From Intoshia linei (Eukaryota > Animalia > Orthonectida), in the NCBI GenBank assembly GCA_001642005.1, contig LWCA01000223.1:1-39266 (forward strand): 39,266 nucleotides of DNA. The letters run 5' to 3'. A program made the translations under genes and the position numbers. This document shows, piece by piece, positions 11,183-23,499 of the stretch (positions are counted from its first letter, which is position 1; every line of letters starts with the position of its first letter). The notes under the pieces are model-generated. The model saw only the letters and a list, made by a program, of their open reading frames with translations, searched no databases and had not been told where the DNA came from.

Positions 11183-14100
11183 ATGAGTAATGCTGGTGTA
11201 GAAAATTTGATTCCAATTATCAACGATTTACACGATATTTCAACATCTGTTGGAGAAGGTCTCAATTTTGATTTACCATTAATCGCAGTTGTTGGATCTC
11301 AGAGTGCCGGTAAAAGTAGTGTACTAGAAAACTTTGTCGGCAAGTATGTTTTATTTGGACGTGTGTAGATAATTTTTAGGGATTTCTTGCCTCGAGGTTC
11401 AGGTATCGTAACACGAAGACCTTTGATTTTAAAATTGATTCACTCAGAAAAAGGTAAATATATGGGTGGAAATATAATTATACAAGTAACATTTAGAATA
11501 TGGTATATTTTTTCACAGTGGAACTCGAAAGTATAGTTCTTACGACGAAATACGCAAAGAAATTGAAGCTGAAACAGAAAGGAGCAATCCAGGAAAATCA
11601 GTATCCAACAATCCCATCAATTTATCAATATATTCTCCATCAGGTTAATAAATTGTTATTTTCTACAATTTGATAGTAATTGACTTAACATTGGTCGATT
11701 TACCAGGTATGACCAAAGTAGCTGTTGGCAATCAAAATAAAGACATTTCGAATATTATTAGAAACATGCTTTTGGAATTTATCACAAAAGACAATTGTTT
11801 GATTCTAGCTGTTTCACCCGCAAATGTGGACTTGGCAAACTCTGACGCTTTGAATATTGCTGCCGAGGTGGATCCTACCGGTAATCTTATATTAAATAAT
11901 CTTGGACTGAAATGATTCATAATATAACGACGTAACAAAAAGTTGGAATTGTTTTTCTCAGTATTATTTTGTTAGTCACATCTCTTAAAAATGCTGGTTT
12001 AAAATTTGAATTTCATATACTAGAATGCTTATACATTCGGAAATAAAATTGTAACAGGGATTCTAGGTAATTTTTAACTTGATTATTCAAATAGTTCCTT
12101 AGGGTAGTGTTTTTTAAATAAATATAACATTAGTAAAATAGCCACCAATGTTTTCAAATGTAGGAAAATTATACCGCCCCGTTTTGAAAATGTACACGTA
12201 ATACATGAGTAACTATAAAAACAAATAGATTTTTGAAGTAGGTCATATCAAAGCAGGATTAATTTTGATAAATTTATCTTCCACGTTTAATTAATGTAAA
12301 CAATACTTTCCAATTAAAATTTTATTCTCAGTATTATTACGCTAATACATGTATATTGATTAATAAAAATTTAAAAATAAATAATTTACATATTTACTCA
12401 AGGGCCGCCAAAATTATTCCATGGCCCACTGGTTGCCGACCCCTTCTTTAGAGCATGTATTCTTAACATAAGGTGTCGGCAGTACCGACTCAGCACCCCC
12501 AGGGGCTGTCAAACCAGTTTTTGAGGTACCAGAAAAATGAATAAAGTTTAAGTTTTAGTTATATAATAAAGTTAAATTCGTCATCCTTTGTGACCCTTGT
12601 GTTTATAAATTTGAATGTCTGTGTGTCTGTTACCGTTTATTTAAAAAAAGAGTTATTAATTTGTTTTACGTAGTTACAATGATTTTTAATTTTTAAGGTA
12701 CTTAAAGATATTAAAGTCATTAACACATATTTCAAAAATTATTTAATTATTACAATTTTAACCAGTTTTTAAAATTAGCTTAAAAAGAATTGGAAATTAA
12801 GTACAAATTTTCAAAAATTAGCTTAAAATTTATTGGATCTACGTAAAAGATATTAAAATAAAGTATAATTAATTGTAATAGCTTAAAATTAAATAGACAC
12901 CCTTTAAAAAAATAACTGCTCAGATTCGAAAAAAACAATTTTGAATACAGTTTTTCAAGATTGATGCAGTATAGCAAATTTCTTCAAAATTGGATCCTTC
13001 AGGGTCAAAAACCCAATTTCTCGTTTTTTAAAAAGGAAATATGCCCTAAAATTTAAAAAAACATACCTTCTTGGACGCGTTTAAAAGTCTTTTAACATTT
13101 TCATGAATCTGAACTTCAGAAACTTTATAAATCATATATTCTGCGATTGTTTTTGAAATCACAACCTCAAAAAAGTGTATTTTTACAATCAAACCACTAG
13201 ATTACCAATTTTTAAAAAAATATGAATAGTGCCAGAATTTTAATCAAAAATTAAAGTTTATTTAAAGTTTAATAGATTTTTGGGGTTAATTAATTTAATT
13301 AGACCAGAATTTTTAACCTTTTTTGTAGCATCGCCCTAAAAAAATTTATTATTGACTCTAATAATTATAATTAAAAAAAAACAAAACAAATTTAATTTAA
13401 TTTTGGGTATTATTAATAATTTATAATATAATAAATATTATTGTAAATCTTATTTAACAAAATTTTTTGTTTGTTAAGTTTCACTTACTTTTTCTAATAT
13501 TTTTATTTGACTTTGCAGAAATAACTGTGCGCACCGAGCTTTCTTCATAAAAAAAATGTTTTTGATTTTTTTCTCAAAATAGATATTTTAGCGCTTGGCT
13601 TTAATAATTTAATACAAATTAAAGTTTCATTTAATTTGTAGGTATCAGAACTATTGGCGTAATCACAAAATTGGATTTGATGGACGCAGGAACCGATGCA
13701 TACGACGTTTTGACCAATAAAGTTATCCCACTACGACGAGGTAATTTTTAGTTTGCGCTAGCATGACTGTTATGTATTTCGTACAATCAACAGCTATCAG
13801 AGGGTAGACGTTTTAATTTTAAGACCGATTTTTTAATTTATTAAACAATGAGTGTATGATCTTAAAAGTAATCAAATTATAGTTATAACCTTAAAAAATG
13901 GATCCCAGATAGATGGCATATTCGCAAAATGCGAATCACAATGAGCAATCGTAGTCGATATAAAATAGATAATAATATAATAAAATAAAATATAAATAAT
14001 AATACAAAGATAAATACATATATTTTACTGTATTTTGAGCAATTAATATAAAATTGAGGTAATAGAAACTGCTCAAAAATTTTGATTATAATTGGAAGGA

Positions 14101-17100
14101 TACGTTTATGAATATAACATAACGTTTTCCTAGAAACTCAATAAAAACTATGTTTTTTGATAAATTCATGTCAATTTTTTTTAAATTAGGCTTACATACT
14201 TAAAACATCGTTTTAATAGATGCATCATAACTTTAATTTTTCGTAACTTTAATATATATTTTCTATCTAAAATAAAATATTGAAAATATATAAATAATCA
14301 AATTTAAAGGATTTAAAAAAAAGACTTTTGCTTTATTATTTTTATAACTATACTAGAGATGACTCGGTAATTTCTGTATGACATTCTAGGGACGCTAAGA
14401 AATCGGATGTACCGTTTGAGAAAATTTATCTATTTATCCATAGACTTCATTTTTTACATAAACTACATACATGGATTATGATATTTTTGTAGGTTATGTC
14501 GGTATCGTAAATAGAAGTCAACAGGACATTGATGGAAATAAAGATATTATGGCAGCTCAAAAAGCTGAAGCAGAATATTTCCTGAAACATCCAAAATATA
14601 GGTTTATTATAATAAGCACAATAGTGTACTGTATAATATACATATATGTATTTTTATTATATTAAATAATATAAAGTTGTTCAATTTAGAGCTATTGCAA
14701 GTCAATGTGGAACCTTATTTTTACAACGTCTGTTAAGTGAACAGCTGACTAACCATATTCGAGGTACTCTACCTAAAATGCTGAGAAATATCCAAGAAAA
14801 GAATATAATGCTTGCAACTGAACTCCGTGAATTGGACGAATCTGATGTATCTTCCCCAGAAAGACGCGTCAATTTCATTTCTACGTAATCTTAACTTATA
14901 TAATATACATAATGCATAACACAATTACGTATATATAAAATGTATGACGGTTTATCAAGGTAAATCAATATCATAAATCATAAAGTTTATCACCAGTTTT
15001 TCACATAATATTTTAATATTATTTCATTCATAAAAAATAAACAAAAATGTCAAAAATGTGAGTAGTAAAGGGTTAATTGAAAAAATAGATGAACAAGTTT
15101 TACATTATAAAATTAAAAAAATAAAGAAATAAATTAATATTTGGTAAATTTTATAAAATAAAAAATATATTTCAATTAACCCAATAGTGCGATAAACAAC
15201 ATACAAACAAAATTTCATCAAACCATGTATGGTGACGCAGATATTGAAAATATTGAATACTCCTTTGGATACAAAATAAAAGGCTATTTGGGACACCGAC
15301 TGTCATATGAACTGAATAAGGTAATATATTACACCCTGAAATACGTATTGAGTTAAATTATATTTAGGCAGCCTTAGACATTGGGTATATTTAATAAAAG
15401 TACGTCAAAATTTAATTAAAATCCTTAGATTTTCAGATAAACAAATTCAAATTGCAATTTCCAATAGCAATGGTATTAGGTAAATATTTTTTTATTTTAT
15501 TAATATTATTTTAAAATTTTAAATTATTCAGTCCAGCCCTCTTCCTGTCACCTTCTGTAATAGAAAATCCAATTGGTATCATAATTACTCATTTAAAAAA
15601 ACCCATTAATTTCATAATTAATTTGGTATTAACTGACATAAAAAGCGTTATCCAAGAAGTCACGGAATATGTAATACTTTTTTTTTATTATTCATAATTA
15701 GAATTATATTTCAATTAAAAAATAAATTATTAACATGTAATATTATAAATATGTACATATATTAATATTTATATGTATTAATATGTAAATGCAGCATCAC
15801 AATTCTTTTTTAAACGAATTTTTAGTTGAACAATTATCCCGGTTTCTGCGAGTATTTACAAAATTTGATTCTGCAAAAATTGACTACACAGGAAGAAGCT
15901 TTATTAAAATATGCTTCTGTAATAATTGATGCAGAATGTGGTTACATCTTTACAGCCAATAAGAAATTTAAAATTATGACTGATCCAAAGTAAAATTAAT
16001 TATAATAAATTAATTTACATCGAAATCCGTAGACGTGATCAAACTAAAAAGAAAAAAAAGACGAATGAGACAAATAATCATTCAATAGAAAAAATAAAAT
16101 CGGGATATTGTCAAATTTACAATATAAAATCATTAAGAAAAAAAGATTATTATTTTTCTTTGACAAATTTGAGTTTAACGGTTTATTCTCACATGGATGT
16201 AATTCACTGAATAATTTATATACAGTTCAATTAGATGCAAAATATTAAATTGGTTATACCCATAGAAGTGCTCATGATATTGGACGAAAATGATATTGGT
16301 TTGTGGATAGCTACTTCGGATGATAGGTATGTTATATTTTTACACATTATTACATTACATTTATCAAATTTTACGGATATACGTGTGACCAAAACTGCAA
16401 ATGTATTCCAAATTCAAATCATTTTTAAAATGAAATACTCCTTTGTTTATTTTATGATAATTTTAAATCGTAAATTAAGTTATTGTTTAAGATAAACTAA
16501 CTTTTATTAAATGCGTAGCAATGATTTAAAACCGATAAGAAATCATTTTCTGAGTTGAAATTAGTAATTTTTATTTTAAATATATAGATTTACGCCTTAA
16601 TTTTTTTCGTGAAATTGTAGGATGAATATTTAAATTTTTATTTTTATATTTGCATTTTTTTATTAAAAAATTGACAAATATTAAAATTTGTGACCAGGAA
16701 TATGTTAATTTCAGTTTGATCTACGTCAATTGGAATAATCTGTACCAAGAATATACTTTTGTTAAACTTTAGGACCATTCATTTTTGAATTTTTTTCTTA
16801 AACTGTAAATGTAGCTCGTTAATTTTAACATTTAATTAATAAAATAATTTGTAAATGAAACAAAAAGTTTTTTTTAGACTGAAGCTGTTTGAAAATTAAA
16901 AATTTGAATTTTTTTGTATGTTAACTTGAAAAAACTGAATTTCTGATAAAAAAATTATTAGACTGATGTCGCCTTAAAAAAATATTAGAATTTATATTTT
17001 TTTAAAATTTAGTCACATTTTTGTTTTTATAAAAATAGGGGTAATTGTAGTCTTTAATCGTGAAGGTGCACATTTTTGACTTTAAAGTTTATCTTAATTT

Positions 17101-20100
17101 TTACGTCCAAATCTATCAACTTGGAATTTCGTCTTTATAACTTATTGGGAATATCAGCTATCAAAATAAATGGCGACAAACACAGATAAATGAAAAAAAA
17201 ATAAGTTTTCTGAATTGTTTTTAAATTTTTCTAAAAATTGGTTAATTTTTGCCTTTTTTTTTTTTGAGATATTTCTTCAAGAAATGGTATTTTTTTCCAG
17301 TTTTCTCGAAAAATTTCAAGCTCCAATAAGCCTGGCTTAGTTTTGTAGCCTTACATACAAATATTTTACATTTAATAATACATATGATTTTCAGTTGTAT
17401 ATGGAAAGATGAAAGCTCATTACACATGGACGTAATAAAAAATACAAATGATGACATTAAAGATTGGAAAGCTGCTCTAATAACAGCTGGTGGTAAACTA
17501 GAAGATAAAAAAATAGAATCGGTTGAATCTAATGATGATGATGACGAAAAGGTGATACATTCAGCAACTACCTACCGTACCGAGAATCTTGTTCGGGTGG
17601 ACCTGGACGAAATTTTTGTAAAATGGGGCCTCGTTTTTCCAAATTAAGAATAAAAAAAATATATCTTGAATGTCTTGAATAACTATTTTGTGTTTTAAAT
17701 TTTAAATGTCAAGTTAATAGCATTAGAGAGGTGGCTAGAGCTAGATAACATCACGTATCGTTTGTGAAAATTTTTATTACGAACCTATTTTCATTTTCAG
17801 GATGAACTCAAGATGGGTAGGTTCGGCTCTGCATGCATTATTTCTTAATTAATAAATAATATATTTACTTTAGGTCGAGGAATATACGGATATTTTAATG
17901 ATTAAAACACTTTTACGTACATATACGGATATTGTCGTAAATAATATGTGTGACTTAATACCCAAAATTATAGTTGAATTTTTGATTAGACAGGTTAGAA
18001 TTGATAATGTCTGGTTTCATTCTTTTTAGGTTGAAAGATTTATAAAAAATTACTTGATGGCGCAAATTCTGACCAAAGGAGTAATATTCACATTATTTAA
18101 ATTAGAGCCTTCAACTCTCTGTGTGCACTCTAAATGTAGAGTCTACATTGAGCCAGGGGCGTGGACAGGTGGCTAGAGCCATATGTCCCGGGCCTACAAT
18201 CATGAGGGCCTAATATTTTAATTTAATAATATGTAATGTTGGAAAGTACGTAAAAATTATGATGACCAATGCGATTTCCAACTGTTTTTTTAATTTCTAG
18301 GCAATAAACAATCGATTAAACTTTGTATAGACGTATCAATTTTAAAAAAATTTGTTATATGCGGCCTAAAATGTCCATCTTACCCGGGCCTACTGCTGGC
18401 TCTCCACATCCCGGTATTGAGCCACTTCCTAAAATAACAATATATTTGATTATATAGAAGGGTTGGAACCTTTGTTTGACAGTGGTTCATTTACTAAACT
18501 CAACAAAACCCTATTGGATTTTATCGATTCAATTTTAATATTTTTAGGATCTTACTACATTATTTAATATTAAAAGAGAAACAATGTATAGAATAGAAGA
18601 AACCAAAAAATTTTATGAAGCTACAGAGAAATCAATACATATAATTAAGAGAATTATCAACACGACAAGGAATACACCAGTACCCCCAAGTATTCGTCAA
18701 GAACAAAGAGAACCGGAAATTTCTATTAAATCGAGCAGGATGCATAAAAAACCAAATCGTAAATCAGTTATAGATAATAATGAACCTAAGATTTCAAATG
18801 AACATACAGAACAAGTACAAGATTCTCCAGAAAAAAAAACGTTAAAACCAGATAATGCCAAACAGTCAGAAATAAATAAATCTATTGTATCAGAATTAAA
18901 AAACGATCTTATGAATAATGAAATGAAGCCTCCCAAACCTAAACCTATTGATTCAAGAATAAATAAATTAAAAACTAATGAGCAAAATAAAATTAACTCA
19001 AATCCGTTTATTTCAGAAAATAGAATGCCCAAATCCAGGTAGATTTTGTGTCAGAATAGTTTAATTGGACCCACCAACCATTCCCTTATTATCATAACAA
19101 ACTTATTGTTATTATTATGCTGGATTAGTTTCATAAAATGTATATTAGTTAGTTGTTGCAGCTAGTGATTGTGATGTCCATGAAAATTTCAAAATGCTAA
19201 ACGAGAAGGGAAGTCCCAGGAAATTTAATTAAAATTATAGGACATAATTAATTTCCATTTCTTAAAATAATGGTTTAATTGTGGTTTTGGCCATAAAGAT
19301 ATAAGTTTTTGAAGTTGAAATTTATGCTAATTTTCATGATTTTAAAATATGTATTGGAGCGTAATTTTTGAAAAATTCTAGGACCTGTTTAATTAAAAAA
19401 AGTGTAATTGCTTTTTTGACCCTGAAGGACTCAACTTCTGAAATTAAAATTTACGATAAAATCTCACTCTTTAAAAATGGTATTAGAAATTGTTGTTTTT
19501 AAAACACTACTTTAAAACACGCTTATTTTTGTAATTAAATGTTTACAGATAAACCGATATACAGTTTTAGCTAAATTTTTTATCCTTTAATTATATAATA
19601 AACTAACTTGATTGTTATGTACTAGGTACAAACAGCATCATAACTCTGCTGAAGGTGGACATTTTTATTATACCCGACCAATAAATTCTATAAGAAAATT
19701 TAACCTAAAAATGCTTCTATTTACTATTAGCAATCTTTTATTGGAGTGGTTCCTAAACTTGTTTCACCATGTACCCGTCATTTTACATTATATTTTAATT
19801 GATTTATTCCCAGTTAATTTTATTTTGTCAGCATTGAATTTTACAAACAATTTTGTGATCATATTTTATTTTTTTATTTTTAAACATATATATACTATAG
19901 TATATATAAAAATATCTAACAAAAGTTATATATATATGTATATCTATATATTAACATATATAACATTATACATTAGGGTGTCACACCCACCAAAGAATCA
20001 AGGGCAATTAGCAATACAAGTGTGTATTTTTAAAATAGAAAAACTAATTCGCAATCAAAAACATTTAGCGCTATCTATTCGAGTTGCGTTTGTCATTTTA

Positions 20101-20828
20101 AATATTATGGAGAAATTAAAAATGAACTTTATTTTAACAGAAATTGGCATTTGGCTTTTAAACGCGGTACCGACTTTACAATATTGTTCTCCATGCTCAG
20201 TTATACAGTTTATTTTTTTAAATTTTTTCCAAGCTCAATTTTTTTGGATTTTATTAACGATTTAATTTCTCGAATTATGACTAAATAGCCAATTAACATT
20301 GTTTCAATTTTATTCATTTGCAATAATATGAATTCCATAAAATCCAAATAAGGGTATATTAAGGGTCCCTAATATACATAGAATAGATTTTTTTGAATTT
20401 CGAAAATAACTGTTAACTACGTTTTTATCTCACTGTTCAATCTATTACACAACCTCAATTAATTTAATATTCACAAGAATCATCAAAAAGCTGATTTTCA
20501 AATTTATTATATTTTTTGCGCGTAACGCTGTGCAAAGATTAACTGTAAATGTACGTTTTAGTATTTACTTTTATGTAAAATAGTGAAAATAACCACTGTT
20601 GCAATTCTAATAATAAATAATTTACTGCAGTGCAGTGACTGCACTGTGAATAAAACTAAAAATAATTTATTTTCAGTATAACATTCATTTTAGACCTGAT
20701 AAAGCTGTTCGCGTTACGCGACCCATTAGACCTGCACCTTCACCTGTTTCATCATAGTAATTTGTTATATTAATTTCATTAATATTATGTTTAGTGATAA
20801 GGCTCCACCACCAATTCCTGATCAATAA
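11183..20828 (+). CDS. DNM: Classical dynamin (GTPase, middle/stalk, PH, GED, proline-rich tail), divergent outside the G domain
   Basis: Approximate exons: 11183-11343, 11380-11453, 11497-11643, 11677-11880, 13642-13740, 14493-14601, 14690-14884, 15188-15320, 15368-15384, 15429-15479, 15532-15670, 15826-15989, 16033-16198, 16235-16326, 17395-17551, 17874-17993, 18030-18080, 18548-19038, 20694-20756, 20795-20828. Motifs: G1 [24 protein letters not shown]3 DLPG, G4 [22 protein letters not shown] end [20 protein letters not shown], tail [15 protein letters not shown]. Confidence 0.92.
12583..13330 (+). mobile_element. Non-autonomous Helitron-like repeat in dynamin intron 4 (boundaries approximate)
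   Basis: 5' end ATCC...TTTATAAATTTGAATGTCTGTGTGTCTGTTACC. The internal block CCTTCAGGGTCAAAAACCCAATTTC is shared with ~29130, and the block CAACCTCAAAAAAGTG is shared with ~9075 and ~35205. Confidence 0.55.
16560..17340 (-). repeat. Degenerate copy of the same dispersed repeat family, in a dynamin intron
   Basis: TGAAATTGTAGGATGAATATTTAAATTTT (~16610) matches ~22300 and ~34653, and TTTTGAC-type modules follow. Confidence 0.6.
18154..18414. mobile_element. hAT-superfamily MITE in a dynamin intron
   Basis: Termini CAGGGGCGTGGACAG...CTCTCCACATCCCGG, subterminal CCCGGGCCTAC at both ends, and an 8-bp TSD CATTGAGC / TATTGAGC. Confidence 0.8.
19600..19795 (-). mobile_element. Helitron-like 3' terminal segment
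   Basis: Homologous over ~190 bp to 29539-29725 (TGTTATGTACTA.GTACAAACAG hairpin, CTCTGC.GA.GG, GGAGTGGTTCC.AAA). Shorter copies lie at ~13758-13815 and ~1190-1212. Confidence 0.55.
19973..20075 (+). mobile_element. Left terminus of a hAT (hATm-like) element
   Basis: TTAGGGTGTCACACCCACCAAAGAATCAAGGGCAATT... is nearly identical to 39169-39266. The inverse TGTGACACCCTAA closes the transposase remnant at 24259-24271. Confidence 0.65.
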
Positions 20829-21052
20829 TTGTTTTACACGAATACCATTTAATCTGAAATATCACTGATTGCATTATTAAATCATATATCCAATTAAAAT
20901 CAATATTTCAATTCTAAATTTAAAATTCTTAGACTCTTAGTCATTGAAATAAATGATAACACAGATAGACAGACAAACAAACAAAGAGTTATTTATAAAT
21001 AAGGATATTTATTTATATATAGCTGATTTATAAAATAACATGTCCTCTAGGG

Positions 21053-21523
21053 CAGTGGTTCCCAAAAAAATATATTGTCGACCCCCCTAACAGTATACAA
21101 ATATTTTTAGAGAAGATCAATTAGTACAAAATAGTGAATATGTTTATTATATTATTATAACAGCAATTAAAAAAATGTTATATTTTAATATTAATATTAC
21201 TGGTTTTATTTTATTTATAAATTATACTTTAATATAGTTGACACCCTAGTTACTAGGGCCTAGTATACAAACAATTATAAAGTTGTGATTGTTTTTTTTT
21301 GTTTATCTACGTGTTATTGTCTCGTAAGGGTTAATAACATTTAAATTTATTATAATTCAAAATTATTCTGAATTTCAAGAATATATTAATTAAATATCAA
21401 ATACTAAATTAAAAAATTTTAACGATTCTAATTCAATTTTAAAATTTTTCTTAAATCTGCGGCCCCACCCTCAGACTCTGTAGGCCCTCCTGGTAGGGCA
21501 AGCCCCCCATTTGGGAACCAATG
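21053..21523. mobile_element. hAT (Charlie-like) MITE
   Basis: TIRs CAGTGGTTCCCAAA...TTTGGGAACCAATG, with degenerate 8-bp TSD CTCTAGGG / CTCTAAAG. Confidence 0.8.
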
Positions 21524-21582
21524 CTCTAAAGTACATATGACTTCCGTTATTCGCTTGATCTCCATTTTGGGCGAATAACANN

Positions 21583-21995
21583 TAAAAAAATGTTATCTTT
21601 TAATATTAATATTACTGGTTTTATTTTAGTTATAAATCATACCTTAATATAGTTAGCACCCTAGTTACTAGGGCCTAGTATACAAACAATTATAAAGTTG
21701 TGATTGTTTTTTTTTGTTTATCTACGTGTTATTGTCTCGTAAGGGTTAATAACATTTAAATTTATTATAATTCAAAATTATTCTGAATTTCAAGAATATA
21801 TTAATTAAATATCAAATACTAAATTAAAAAATTTTAACGATTCTAATTCAATTTTAAAATTTTTCTTAAATCTGCGGCCCCACCCTCAGACTCTGTTGGC
21901 CCTCCTGGTGGGGCAAGCCCCCCATTTCAGAACCAATGCTCTAAAGTACATATGACTTCCGTTATTCGCTTGATCTCCATTTTGGGCGAATAACA
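21583..21995. repeat. ~410-bp duplicate of ~21168-21580 after an NN gap (probably an allelic/assembly duplication)
   Basis: Near-identical copy with a few substitutions and small indels, starting exactly at the NN. Confidence 0.85.
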
Positions 21996-22289
21996 AAGAT
22001 TATACTGTAGCTAAAAAATATCTCAACCAACTTCCAGGGCCTGCTGAATAAATTCGTCTCTAAAGGGTTAAAGAAATTAAATTCTAAAAATCTATTTTTT
22101 AACCATTTAAGTTCTCAGGTTTTACCAAACTTTTATGAATATTATGCTGGAAGGCGCAATATATTCATTTGTTTGAAAGCACAACCAGATTATTTATAAA
22201 TTTAATTCATAACAATAATCCATTGAATTATGATATGAATGGTTAAAATTCTATACACATTTGTATATTATTAATTATAATTTTAGTTT

Positions 22290-22965
22290 TCATTTTTTTT
22301 GAAATTGTAGGATCAATATTTACATTTTCAATTTTAATCGAAATATTTGAAAAATATTGGTTGATAATATATTAAAAATTATTTTTCACCCGGGAATGCC
22401 TAGATTTCTGGAGTTGAAATTTTGTATTTATATCAACTGGAATAAGCTCTATCAGAAAAACCCTTTTTTTCAATTTTCGGATGGTTAATCATTTCTCAAT
22501 TTTTGTTTTAATAAAATATTTCGGAAAAAAAATATATGAATACTAAAATGCTTTTTTGACCGTGAAGTCGTCACTTATCAGATTTAAATTTTTATGTGTG
22601 TTAACATCATACAACTTTACCACCTGTAAATTTTTTGAAATTCTAGGGTTGTTCTAGGGTTTTGGCCATGAAGATATAATTTTTTTAAATTTATGATAAT
22701 GTTTATGATTTTAAAATCCGCATTAGCGCATATATTTTTTTAAATTCTTTAACTCGTTTAATTTTCAAAAAGAGGGACAACAGGGGTTTTTGACCCTTAA
22801 GATGTGAAATTGGGAGTTTGAAATTTATCTTATTATACGCGGGGAAAAAACTGTAATTGAAATGTTATATTCAAAAAATTTTAAGAGTGTTAATATTTTC
22901 AATAAAGTAGGACACACAGACACACACACAACAAAAATCGTGTCGCATATTATATAAGTTAGGAT
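22290..22965 (-). mobile_element. Non-autonomous Helitron-like repeat with internal modules
   Basis: Closely similar to 34645-35158. Ends ACACACAGACACACACAC...TATATAAGTTAGGAT, which on the minus strand reads ATCC..TATATA..TGTGTGTCTGT, a Helitron-type 5' TC end. Confidence 0.6.
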
Positions 22966-23499
22966 ATACATTAATATATTTATTGTGAAAAAAATAAATG
23001 AAATCTATAAAATATAAATATAAAACACCTATTTTTGCTCGCTGATTTGTGTTTTTGACCCCTTTTTATTAGGTAAATACGTTGGGAAGTTTTTTAACAC
23101 TATTTTTAATGTAAAAGATATATAAAAAAGGGGGCGACCCTTTTAAGGGTATTTTTTCTCCTATTTTTTTAATCTCTAACACTTTTTAATTATTTTATTT
23201 TTCATTATTTCAAAACCCCCAATTTTTTCAAAATGAATGAAAAACACCCCCTCCTCTAATTTTACATTAAAAACAGGCTTTTTTTTACAAAAAAATTAGA
23301 TAAAAATATTATAAAAAAATACTTATATTGTTAAAAACACAAAAATATGCTTTTTCAAATAAACCAAATGCATTTCCTTATAAAAAAAATTAGATATCTT
23401 CTTAAATTAAAAACTCCTTTTCTTATTTTTTAATATAAGAATATTTATTAAAATTTTTTCTTGTTAAAGATAACATCACAAAAAACATAAATCTATTCA

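Noticed and set aside
15060-15077. AAGGG|TTAA piggyBac-like right ends (also ~21330, ~22065, ~36585)
   Set aside because: No convincing matching left termini or transposase were found, and the motif is too short to call.
17801-17816. Possible extra dynamin microexon (DELKMG)
   Set aside because: It has AG/GT borders, but including it breaks the frame into the GED exon, whereas 17551 to 17874 joins in phase without it.
18697-19032. Antisense ORFs over coding exons (also 11732-11938, 27191-27532, 33634-33867) and the alternative-frame ORF 27616-27894
   Set aside because: These are shadow ORFs explained by codon bias of the real genes.
19612-20265. 217-aa hydrophobic ORF in a dynamin intron
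   Set aside because: It runs across two unrelated repeat termini and a TA-rich tract; the F/I/L/Y bias is compositional.
21168-21995. Apparent tandem duplication of a MITE
   Set aside because: The junction is an NN gap, and the differences look allelic, so it is most likely an uncollapsed haplotype.
22550-22830. Regularly spaced TTTTGACC..AAG motifs suggesting a CRISPR-like array
   Set aside because: The context is eukaryotic, the repeats are degenerate, the intervening sequences are homologous between loci, and there are no cas genes.
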